From NCBI GenBank assembly GCA_002269645.1, contig NIVC01001051.1, positions 1-64,000 on the forward strand: 64,000 nt of DNA. Direction: 5' to 3'. The position numbers were made by a program, and so were the translations under genes. The notes below the pieces were generated by a model, which was not told the DNA's origin, ran no database searches, and was given only the letters and a program-made list of their open reading frames with translations. The DNA comes from Macrostomum lignano. Lineage: Eukaryota. Positions 12,510-24,209 of the stretch are shown here, piece by piece; position 1 is the stretch's first letter; each line of letters opens with the position of its first letter.

Positions 12510-15500
12510 GCCGTTGCTGCCCTCCTGGCGCTGCTGCGGCTGCGTGGCGGCGCGTCGCTGATCGACTTGCTTTCCGCGAAGTAGCCGATCTGCGTTTGCT
12601 GAGCTGGGGCGGGCAGGGCCGCCTTCAACCCCGCCACGCCAGCGAGCGCCCGTTTGGCTTTTGCGCTGGCTGCGGGTTTTTATTGTAGTGATACTAAAAA
12701 TAGAACAGACGTTATCTTGCTGCCCAGGGTAAGACTCAAATTCAAACAACTATTAAACAATAAACAGTGTAACTGTAACTGTTTGACAGGGTTTTGAACT
12801 GAGGTTTGTAGTCTTGATCTAAGAAAATTAAATCTGTTTTCATAAACAAATGTCGATGAAAAAATTATCTACACTAATCACATAAACCTATTCTTATGAC
12901 CATCTGTAATTAGAGTTTTAAAACAAAATGTACTCGAAAAAATGCAAAACAATTAATTTGCTTAGTATTTAAAAAAAACTAGGGTGTGATTACTAGTTTA
13001 TCTTTGTAGGTTATATAATACATATTTCTGCAATTTTTTAAGGATTTCAACTAGACAGATTAGGTAAATAAATTAAGGAATAAATTATACTTAGCTGTTT
13101 AGATGTCACACTAGAAATATACTTGTAATAGTTGGAAATCATACAACTGAATTTTGCCATGACAAAAATCTTGATCCTAGACAAAATCTTGATTCTGTAG
13201 CAGAAGTAGCTTCATCATGCAGAGGCATTAATAAAGAATAATTTAATTCATTGAATTATAGTTTAAATTTCAGTCCAATTATTTCCATTATCTATGCCGA
13301 ATTTGCCTTCCTTGAATCAGAAGCTGCCCACTTACTAAGAAGCCAGAGTGGAATGCAATTTTCAATGCACAGTATTAGATTGTCATAATATAATATACAT
13401 TTTAAGTGTGATAATTCTGTGACTTGACTTATTGAAACAACCAAAATAACAATATTTATTAGTTCAGCTGCGAAGACATGATTCATGGTCATTGCATCTT
13501 AATTTTAAAGAGTAGCTATGGATATTATGCTTGGTATTATTTCTCGTAAAAGGCTCGCATAGTGGCACTGTTGAAACAATAGCACTGTTTTGAACTTCGA
13601 ATCTTAGTTATATTTTTGTCATTTTGAATATGTTATCCAAATTATCGGATAAAATTGTTCCGTAAAGTTGGATGCAAGAATAAAATAGTGGATAAAAACC
13701 CTAAAATTTTCAATTACAGTATGCTAATATCAATAATAGGCCAAATCTTCTACGCTCGTTAATCTCTACACGTTCAGAAAAAATTAACCGAAACATTTTT
13801 AAGCTAAAAATGCGCTAAAACAAGAATAACACTCTTTATTTTTTATAAAATAAAATCAGCCGATGTTTTTACTAGTTATAAAATATTGACGAAACTATTC
13901 AGTACAGTGTATTAGAATAAAACAGACTCGTTGCTGCTGCTTTGTTTAAATTGTTGCCTTAAATAACGGATTAGCCGGCAGTAGAATAATCACCAATGCA
14001 TGTAATTGTCGCTTGCTCTGAAAGCATTAAAAATGGCTTGATCTCACATAAGCAAAATATGCTGTTAAATGTGAGAGCTTTAGTTCAAAAGCTAAATAAT
14101 TGACACATTACCCAAGAACGACTTATACTCGTAGTTAGACACGTGTACACTCGTATTTTCGTATTACAGTACGCTCATGCACATGTAAATGTAAATGTAT
14201 TTAAATGTAAGATATCATTACCAAACAGTAGTAAAGGATAATGTAAGGACGTAGTAAAAAGGACATCGCTAGATCGGACTCAATTTAAAAAAATATATAT
14301 TAACTACTAGAGACCACGTGGTAATAATTAGGGACATCATTACAACAGTATATGTATTTTTCATATATCTTGTGAATTTTAGCATTGAACAGCATTTGGA
14401 ACAAAAAGATGCTCTAGAGAACGCATATAGCTCCTAGGTTGGGTTGTGCTAACGATCGTCAGATTTTAGTGAGAAAATCCGCGCTATAAAAACGGTTTCC
14501 AGCATGAAGTCTATATAATAACATATGCATGCACATCGTAGCTCGTATGTGCATCTACACGGGGCATGCATGCATCGACGCAATCATGTACATGTATTCT
14601 CGACTCTATTCATCCACTTCTTCGGTCAAATTTATTGTCTAATTTTTGCATTTGCAGGCCGGTCGAGTACACTACACCCTACATGTACACTACGTCATGT
14701 AATCTGCAGTGTACACCGTCAATCGGGAATCATATATACACGTATTATTTGTACATGTAATTAACGCTTACTTATTACGAATTAAAACATATATGCAATC
14801 CTTGTATTTCGACTGCAATAATAATAAAAATATCACATGTACAATACATGTATAATATGTCCTTGTCTTAAATTATATGCCACAAAAATTACTCATCAGA
14901 TCGACTTACGACGAGTAACTATATGATGTCATAGCAAAGACAGAAATGTCATGTATAATAATAAGTACAGAAGATATTGAAATACAAGTAATATGTCCAT
15001 GTATGCATGTAGTACATGCACATGCATGTAATTATGTACATGCAAGCCACAAAATGTGTATTATAATTAAGTAAATTTGCATGTACAATACAGAATTACA
15101 GTAAAAGGTGTCAAAGAAAAACAGCTGTAGGCACCTAAAAGATGGCATCTCAAGAAGAATGCAGATAGAGTTGAGTTGCTATAGCTATACCCATTCTACA
15201 TTCTCATATTGTTGCTTGGCTAAGCTGCCGTTGACGAAAGGCAGACATTGAGAGAAGCCCCGCGGCCCCAGTTCAGTCCTGCATGGCTTAAAAGTGGCGC
15301 CGTGCTCTTATGGGTGAATATTAAGCTGACAGTCAATGAGCTAGTGAATAAATAGAATGGAGCGATGGAATTGTGGGCCATCTATAATAGAAGCGCATGC
15401 AGTGAGCCACCATCTCCCTGCCCCAATGGCAGTTCTAACCACCTAATTGTTGCTGTCTATAAGTGCAGCTGGGTATGGGCGACTGTTATGCATAAAAGAG

Positions 15501-15557
15501 AGAGTTTGAGAACTGTTAGGTTAGCGAAGCCTTTTTAATTCTAATATTCCACAGCAC

Positions 15558-17484
15558 ATGGTTGCTTTAATTGGTAATACGAGTAATACCTTAACCCAAA
15601 ATGAATGCAAAATTGGTAACTATCCTACTGATACTCGAAGGTAAAAAGCATCGAATATTGCTCAAATTTGCATTCTAACTAACTCAAATTCATCCTACAA
15701 TAACTATATTTTCTTCCAATCGGAATTGCATGCATCCAGTGGCAGCTCTGCAGACTGCCGTGCATGCCAATGTCCAGTGCTACACCTGTACAGCCTGTAG
15801 CGACACTTTCACACGTAGCGAGAATTCCGTGTCAACCTCCTGTATTTATTGCGGCGTGAGTTTGAGCAGTCATAATTAATTAGTTAAATAATTAACTAGT
15901 GCGAGCTCGTATTCAGCCTCAGCACAGAATGCATAAAAATATTTCCTACCTAAAAAAAAATTTTAAATCCACACAACCTACTTATGTTGTAAACATTCTT
16001 AGTAGTACATGCACAAAGTAAATCTACGAGCGTATGAATGAGAAAATTCATGAGGCTTTAGTAAGAGGAAGGTGAGACTTGGTGGGAGGAGGCTGAGACT
16101 TGATAGGAGGAGGGTGAGACTTGGTGAGAGGAGGCTGAGACTTGATAGGAGGAGGGTGAGACTTGGTGGGAGGGTGAGGCTTGGTGGGAGGAGGGTGAGG
16201 CTTGGTGGGAGGAGGGTGAGGCTTGGTGGGAGGGTGAAGGCTTGGTGGGAGGAGGGTGAGGCTTGGTGGGAGGGTGAGGCTTGGTGGGAGGGTGAAGGCT
16301 TGGTGGGAGGAGGGTGAGGCTTGGTGGGAGGGTGAGGCTTGGTGGGAGGGTGAGGCTTGGTGGGAGGGTGAGGCTTGATGGGAGGGTGAGGCTTGGTGGG
16401 AGGGTGAGGCTTGGTGGGAGGGTGAGGCTTGGTGGGAGGGTGAGGCTTGATGGGAGGGTGAGGCTTGGTGGGAGGGTGAGGCTTGGTGGGAGGGTGAGGC
16501 TTGGTGGGAGGGTGAGGCTTGGTGGGAGGGTGAAGGCTTGGTGGGAGGAGGGTGAGGCTTGGTGGGAGGGTGAGGCTTGATGGGAGGGTGAGGCTTGGTG
16601 GGAGGGTGAGGCTTGGTGGGAGGGTGAGGCTTGGTGGGAGGAGGCTGAGACTTTGTGGAGTAAGGTGAGGCTTGGTGGGAGGAGGCTGAGACTTGATAGG
16701 AGGAGGGTGAGACTTGGTGGGAGGGTGAGGCTTGGTGGGAGGGTGAGGCTTGGTGGGAGGAGGCTGAGACTTGGTGGGAGTAAGGTGAGGCTTGGTGGGA
16801 GGAGGGTGAGACTTGGTGGGAGGGTGAGGCTTGGTGGGAGGAAGAAGAGGCTTGGTGGGAGGAGGGTGAGACTTGGTGGGAGGAGGGTGAGGCTTGGTGG
16901 GAGGAGGGTGAGACTTGGTGGGAGGAGGGTGAGACTTGGTGGGAGGAAGGTGAGGCTTGGTGGGAAGAGGGTGAGACTTGGTGGGAGGAGGGTGAGACTT
17001 GGTGGGAGGAAGAAGAGGCTTGGTGGGAGGAGGGTGAGACTTGGTGGGAGGAGGGTGAGACTTGGTTGGAGGAGGGTGAGGCTTGGTGGGAGGAGGGTGA
17101 GACTTGGTGGGAGGAGGGTGAGACTTGGTGGGAAGAGGGTGAGGCTTGGTGGGAGGAGGATGAGACTGCAGTCTGCAAAAGCGGAATTCATTAGAGTTTG
17201 CACTCATTATTATCATAGCGGAACTCAACATTAAATAAATTAAGAGCCAATCAAAATCCAATTGAATCGCACAGAAAACCAAATCAGTGAACGCGGCCAG
17301 CCGGACCTGCCTGGACACCTGCACGAAATCCGTAGACTCGGACGGCAACGGGCTCTACTGTTGCAATGACAAAGACCTGTGCAACTCTGCCAGCGGGACA
17401 AAGAGTGATTACCGCGGACTCATGACAGGACTTCTAGGTGCGACGGCCACTGCAGTTGTCGGCAGGCTCATCGCCACATTTTGA
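15558..17484 (+). CDS. GPI-anchored Ly6/uPAR (three-finger) protein; exons 15558-15573 (tentative signal exon), 15740-15855, 17275-17484
   Basis: Exon 2 gives [11 protein letters not shown]...SCIYCG then a GTGAGT donor. Exon 3 gives RTCLDTC...[11 protein letters not shown], the canonical LU-domain end, followed by a hydrophobic GPI-type tail. A phase-1 intron in the signal peptide ([15 protein letters not shown]) is typical of this family. Confidence 0.85.
16060..17170. repeat. G-rich 18/21-bp minisatellite in Ly6 intron 2
   Basis: Unit GGTGAGGCTTGGTGGGA(GGA)G. Confidence 0.95.
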
Positions 17485-17669
17485 ATTACCGGCCGGTCCA
17501 GCCGCCTGTGCTTCAGCTTTGAAAATGTGCGAGCCAAGTGAATAGTGGCTACTTGCGTCAGAAGTTTTGCTTCATAAAGTGTTCTGATTTATGGAGAAAA
17601 AAATTCTTTTTTTTAAACTGTTGTTCAAATAAGTTGCTATCCTACCCGCTCTGCTAAGCCTTACACTCA

Positions 17670-18450
17670 TTCCAAGCCTCACCCTCCCTCCAAGCCTACC
17701 CTCCCTCCAAGCCTACCCTCCCTCCAAGCCTCAACCTCCCTCCAAGCCTCACCTTCCCATTAAGCCTCACCCTTCCTTCCACTAAACCTCAACCTCACAT
17801 TAAGCCTCACCCTCCCACCAAGCCCCAGCCTCTTTTCACCAAGACCCACCCTCCTTTCACCAAGCCCCACCCTCCTTTCACCAAGCCTCACCCTCCTTTC
17901 ACCAAGCCCCACCCTCCTTTCACCAAGCCTCACCCTCCTTTCACCAAGTCTCAACCTCTTCCCACCAAGCCTCATTCTCCCCTACCAAGCCTCACCCTCC
18001 TTCCACTATGCCTTATCCTCCCATTAAGCCTCACCCTCCTTCCAAGCCTCACCCTCTATCCAAGTCTCACCCTCCCTCCAAGCATCACCCTCCCATTAAG
18101 CCTCACCTTCCTTCCATCAAGCCTCACCCTCCCATCAAGCCCAACACTCCTCTCACCAAGCCTCACCCTCCTCTCACCAAGCCTCACCCTCCTCTCACCA
18201 AGCCTCACCCTCCTCCCACCAAGCCTCACCCTCCTCCCACCAAGCCTCACCCTCCTCCCATCAAGCCTCACCCTCCTCCCACCAAGCCTCACCCTCCTCC
18301 CACCAAGCCTCACCCTTCTCTCACCAAGCCTCACCCTTCTCTCACCAAGCCTCACCCTCCTCTCACCAAGCCTCACCCTCCTCCCACCAAGCCTCACCCT
18401 CCTCCCACCAAGCCTCACCCTCCTCCCACCAAGCCACACCCTCCCGCCTT
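17670..18450. repeat. C-rich minisatellite, the reverse complement of the 16060-17170 array, downstream of the Ly6 stop codon
   Basis: Unit CCAAGCCTCACCCTCCTCCCA. Confidence 0.95.
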
Positions 18451-19054
18451 ACCCGCCTTAATATGATCGAATACACAAGTGATGCCAGCGCCCAATTTGA
18501 TTAAAAAAGTCACTACTTCTGCCCGAATAAACTGAAGAACTGTTGCCATTAAAATGCCAGCTAATAAAAATTTCTGAACATTTCCGCTCCTATGTGACTA
18601 CTGAGTAGGGCTGAACTCAATATAACTGTGTTAGTGTACGGGTTTAGCTTTTGAATTTTATTCAACTATATTCTTACTGTGGTAACTACATCTAGTGAGA
18701 CAGTTCAATAAATGAAGACAATAAGCCTATATCTGCGATATCAATTCTGTCATTGAATAATGAGCGCAACCCAAACTCAATGGCGCACGACTGCTCAATT
18801 AATTGTTGGTGAAGTTGTTGTTCTACCATAATTTGAGTAGAGCTCATTCTATAAGATAGGATTCTATAGCTGCTTGAGCTCAAAGTGGGAAGAGCTGCAA
18901 GGAGATCTAAGATCTAGAATTTGGAGAAGAGCTCATTGTTCATCAAGACTTCGATTTATTAACCTTATTTGTGAGTTCTTGTTGACAAGCAAACCGAGCC
19001 TTCACTACAGGTTCCTTGGTATTTTCCGACGTTGTGACATTTCGATGTGAAGTC

Positions 19055-19960
19055 TCGAGCTTGTGAAGTTTAGAGCTTTATGAAGTTTAGAGCTTTATGA
19101 AGTTTAGAGCTTTATGAAGTTTAGAGCTTTATGAAGTTTAGAGCTTCATTAAATTTCGAGCTTTATGAAGTTTCGAGCTTTATGAAGTTTAGAGCTTCAT
19201 TAAATTTCGAGCTTTATGAAGTTTCGAGCTTTATGAAATTTCGAGCTTTATGAAGTTTAGAGCTTTATGAAGTTTAGAGCTTCATTAAATTTCGAGCTTT
19301 ATGAAGTTTCGAGCTTTATGAAGTTTAGAGCTTCATTAAATTTCGAGCTTTATGAAGTTTCGAGCTTTATGAAATTTCGAGCTTTATGAAGTTTAGAGCT
19401 TTATGAAGTTTAGAGCTTCATTAAATTTCGAGCTTTATGAAGTTTCGAGCTTTATGAAGTTTAGAGCTTCATTAAATTTCGAGCTTTATGAAGTTTCGAG
19501 CTTTATGAAATTTCGAGCTTTATGAAGTTTAGAGCTTTATGAAGTTTAGAGCTTCATTAAATTTTGAGCTTTATGAAGTTTCGAGCTTTATGAAGTTTAG
19601 AGCTTCATTAAATTTCGAGCTTTATGAAGTTTCGAGCTTTATGAAGTTTAGAGCTTCATTAAATTTCGAGCTTTATGAAGTTTCGAGCTTTATGAAATTT
19701 CGAGCTTTATGAAGTTTAGAGCTTTATGAAGTTTAGAGCTTCATTAAATTTCGAGCTTTATGAAGTTTCGAGCTTTATGAAGTTTCGAGCTTTATGAAGT
19801 TTAGAGCTTCATTAAATTTCGAGCTTTATGAAGTTTCGAGCTTTATGAAATTTCGAGCTTTATGAAGTTTCGAGCTTTATGAAATTTCGAGCTTTATGAA
19901 ATTTCGAGTTTTATGAAACTTCGAGCTTTATGAAGTCTCCAGCTGGTGAAGTTTAGAGCT
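19055..19960. repeat. 17-bp minisatellite with higher-order patterning
   Basis: GAGCTTTATGAAGTTT(A/C) interspersed regularly with GAGCTTCATTAAATTTC. Confidence 0.95.
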
Positions 19961-20914
19961 CTGAATTTGTCAGAAACAGTTTTTTAGTAAATGAGAACCC
20001 CTCTGAGATGCGGGGAGAACAACTTACAAGTTTAAGTACAAGGCATTCCAGACCCTAGCTCTACACTATCAGGCGTCCTTGGCATGAGGCGGCCCTATGC
20101 CACGGGCCGTTGGGCCAAATGAGTCAGGAGTTGACCATTGCGGGGAGCCCGGCAAGACTCGCAGAGCCATGCTAGCCGCCAACCCCCTCCCCTACACTGA
20201 GGCAGGGGAGCCGAGCGAACCAGCTGCCTCCCCAGCCTTGCAATGCTATTGTTGCAGACTCAGGATCCTCAAACTGCATGCAGTCAGGCAGCCCCCACCC
20301 CCAGTCAGATCGGGCTAGTGCTATAGCCCCTATCAGCAGGTGGTCCCGCCTCGGCACTGGCAGCATCCCCCCTCCCTATACTCCTCCATACTCGAACTGA
20401 GCAACAGGCAAACTCTACCAAGAAGTCAGCAAAACCCCCTTCCACTCCCAAACCGATACAACAAAGCAGCTTGAAGAATCAGCCTTAATTCAACCGCGAC
20501 AACCGAACAGGGGGGGGGGGTGGCCTGGGCTGGGAGAATTGCTGGGGCAGGTGAAATCTTCCCCCACAGCCCCCTGCCGGCTCTATGACTAGGGGGAAGC
20601 CTCGATTGGGATTATAAATAAGCGATATCCCAGCCGACTCAGCCAACGCAATCGCCACTCGAATCCAGTAATAATCCTCCTCTGCAAGGCTAGGTAAGTC
20701 CCTGCATCAGTGAGTCCAGCTCTCTGTCAGTGCAGCCAAGTTGCAGATGTGACCGTTTTAACAGGCAATGCCACTCATCTAAACGCATTGGCGCAGGGAA
20801 AGTCAGACTTTGACACAAACAAGCGCTGGTTATAGCACCAGCTAACTGGTGTTCTCTGGCTTTCTGCTGCCATTGCCTGTTGGCCCGGTTACAACACATA
20901 ACTGGCTATGAGCT

Positions 20915-21995
20915 TCGGGTGCCTCTCTAGTGAGTGCCTCTGCATTCCCGAATGAGTGACTCTGGATTCCCCAATGAGTGCCTCTCTAGATTCCCGAATG
21001 AGTGCCTCTGGATTCCGGACTGAGTGCCTCTGGAATGAGTGCGTCTCTAGATTCCCCAATGAGTGCCTCTCTAGATTCCCCAATGAGTGCCTCTCTAGAT
21101 TCCCCAATGAGTGACTCTCTAGATTCCCCAATGAGTGACTCTAAATTCCCCAATGAGTGACTCTAAATTCCCCAATGAGTGACTCTAAATTCCCCAATGA
21201 GTGACTCTAAATTCCACAATGAGTGACTCTCTAGATTCTCCAATGTGCGACTCTCTGGATTTCCCAATGAGTGCCTCTCTAGATTCCCCAATGAGTGACT
21301 CTCTAGATTCCCCAATGAGTGACTCTAAATTCCCCAATGAGTGACTCTAAATTCCCCAATGAGTGACTCTAAATTCCAAAATGAGTGACTCTCTAGATTC
21401 TCCAATGTGCGACTCTCTGGATTCCCCAATGAGTGACTCTCTAGATTCCCCAATGAGTGACTCTAAATTCCCCAATGAGTGACTCTCTAGATTCTCCAAT
21501 GTGCGACTCTCTGGATTCCCCAATGAGTGCCTCTCTAGATTCCCCAATGAGTGACTCTCTAGATTCCCCAATGAGTGACTCTCTAGATTCCCCAATGAGT
21601 GACTCTCTAGATTCCCGAATGAGTGACTCTCTAGATTCCCGAATGAGTGACTCTCTAGATTTTCCAATGAGTGCCTCTCTAGAATCTCCAATGAGTGACT
21701 CTCTAGATTTTCCAATGAGTGCCTCTCTAGAATCTCCAATGAGTGACTCTCTAGATTCCCCAATGAGTGACTCTCTAGATTCCCCAATGAGTGCCTCTCT
21801 AGATTCCCCAATGAGTGACTCTCTAGATTCTCCAATGTGCGACTCTCTGGATTCCCCAATGAGTGCCTCTCTAGAATCTCCAATGAGTGACTCTCTAGAT
21901 TCCCCAATGAGTGCCTCTGGATTCCCGAATGAGTGACTCTCTAGATTCCCCAATGAGTGCCTCTGGATTCCTGAATGAGTGACTCTCTAGATTCT
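20915..21995. repeat. 24-bp minisatellite
   Basis: Unit AATGAGTGACTCTCTAGATTCCCC. Confidence 0.95.
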
Positions 21996-22724
21996 TTAAT
22001 CTTTAGCTTCCACAAATGTTTAACCCGTAAATTTGAGGTCGGGAAAAGCCGGTGCACTTATCATTCAGAATAAACTTACTGAGAAGCCAATCTTAGCGAC
22101 AAAGAAGATTATGCAGCATATCGGATGTATTTTTGGAGACATAATAATAATAATATTAACTCATGCGCATCACGGCAAACACCTGGAATATATTACTAAC
22201 TGTTCAGTAGTACATCAATACATCAATTGTAATATATATTCGCATACATGCCCATATATTAGATGCTAATAAGTAAACGAATGCATATATGATAACGCTA
22301 ATTTTTACATACAATTAAAATTTTATTGATTGAAATCGCACGGGTTGCAGGCAGGCTGAGAGCTTTGTTTGACAGTGTAAATAAAATAATTGGATATAAT
22401 TGCTTAGCGAGAACTCGCGTAGCTACTAAATTAAGCATTGTGTTTGACTATCGTATCCAACTATTTAACTAAGAGTTTAGCATAGCTTCGATATATATAT
22501 TTCAATTTATAATGCAGCTCATCGCTACGCGCACCAATAGTAGTATGTTTATTACTAATACTAATTTTCACTATACAATACATGTGCTTAACGACACCGA
22601 CTGTAACTGCAAAAAGAAAGCAATCTTATCAAATACGTAACACTCAATAATATAAATGTTATAGTCGCAGCAGCAGCAAGTTAACAATTTCTAATTACAC
22701 CATCTTGAGAGATTGCTTGACGAG

Positions 22725-23265
22725 AGGGGAAAGTGAGAGGGGAGAGAGGAAATGAGAGGAGGGGAAAGTGAGAGGGGAGAGAGGAAATGGGAGGAGGGGA
22801 AAGGAAGAGGGGAGAGAGGAAAGGAAGAGGGGAGAGGGGAAAGGAAGAGGGGAGAGGGGAAAGGAAGAGGGGAGAGAGGAAATGAGAGGAGGGGAAAGGA
22901 AGAGGGGAGAGAGGAAATGGGAGGAGGGGAAAGGAAGAGGGGAGAGGGGAAAGGAAGAGGGGAGAGGGGGAAGGAAGAGGGGAGAGGGGAAAGGAAGAGG
23001 GGAGAGGGGGAAGGAAGAGGGGAGAGGGGAAAGGAAGAGGGGAGAGGGGGAAGGAAGAGGGGAGAGGGGAAGGAAGAGGGGAGAGGGGAAGGAAGAGGGG
23101 AGAGGGGGAAGGAAGAGGGGAGAGGGGAAGGAAGAGGGGAGAGGGGAAAGGAAGAGGGGAGAGGGGAAGGAAGAGGGGAGAGGGGAAGGAAGAGGGGAGA
23201 GGGGAAGGAAGAGGGGAGAGGGGGAAGGAAGAGGGGAGAGGGGGAAGGAAGAGGGGAGAGGGGGA
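22725..23265. repeat. Polypurine minisatellite
   Basis: Unit GGGGAGAGGGGAAGGAAGA (19-20 bp). Confidence 0.95.
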
Positions 23266-24209
23266 ATAGGTGCGAAGGAATGGCACACTCCATGCCAATG
23301 CAAATCAGTCGCCAAAACAGTTTTGAAAAGGTTTATAAAATTCACAGAAAATTATTCGAGAACAGAGCCAAGCTCAAAGGTTCAAACACAAGGCATCAAT
23401 GAATGAACTTTGAAACAACAGTTGAGAGCAGCTTGGAACTGAGAATGAAAAGAAATGAAATTAATCAATAGAACGCAAACATACTGCATATTTTAATTAC
23501 TATATAATAGGCAGCTTTGAGCAAACTAAAATACACTGTTAATCGCTCTAAAATAAATTCAATTCTATAGATTAAGACACAAAAAACAGAAGCGAGAGAT
23601 CAGTTTGTTTTACAGAAAGAAACTCCATTGACGCGCGCAACTAGCTACTCGAAAGTAGCTACCAGCATGTGCGCACTCTTGGATCAGATAGATTACAAAT
23701 GAAACAATTTTGCAAATATTACTGGAGTGCGCAAAAGTATTTGTATTTGAAGGGCCAGACACATTGGGAACTTAGTAGGTAAGCGGAAAAATGAAACAAA
23801 CTGTTATTTAGAAAATAATTGCACACAGAACTGGGACTTGAGGTAAACAAAAATGTGAGATAAACTTGAGACGGAAAATTATTTAGCTTTGTCTTGAAAC
23901 AAAATCAAGAAAAGCCGGTTTGCTTACGATGAATTTAGCCCGAATCACTACGCTCATACTACTCTTAGGGGAGCAGCTGTGAGTAGTATAAAAATAACAA
24001 AAATTGAAGATATAATTATTTCTTATCTTATCAGCTGAATTTTATTTGCAAATTATACTACTGACCAGAGAGTAGTCACACGCAGGGAAACTGTAAAAAG
24101 TGCTAACTGACCAATGTATCTGCCATCCAAATCTTTTTGAAAAAGCAATCTTCCGGCATTATTATTAATCATTAATGCCTTTTGGCACACCGAAAATTAA
24201 TCCCCAAGC

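Noticed and set aside
9546-12688. Numerous plus-strand and off-frame ORFs over the kinase gene
   Set aside because: Antisense and alternate-frame shadows of GC-rich exons, with no independent motifs.
14881-14910. CTGATGAG on the minus strand as a possible hammerhead ribozyme core
   Set aside because: No stem II closing onto a nearby GAAA, and no compatible stems I or III.
14520-15090. Cluster of TACATGTA/ATGCAT palindromic words
   Set aside because: Low-complexity AT-rich motif cluster with no defined boundaries or periodicity; not supportable as a feature.
15999-18466. Long Pro/His/Lys-rich ORFs (PPTKPH, extensin-like) on both strands
   Set aside because: Translations of an 18/21-bp minisatellite that is open in several frames. 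One array lies in a Ly6 intron with proper splice sites.
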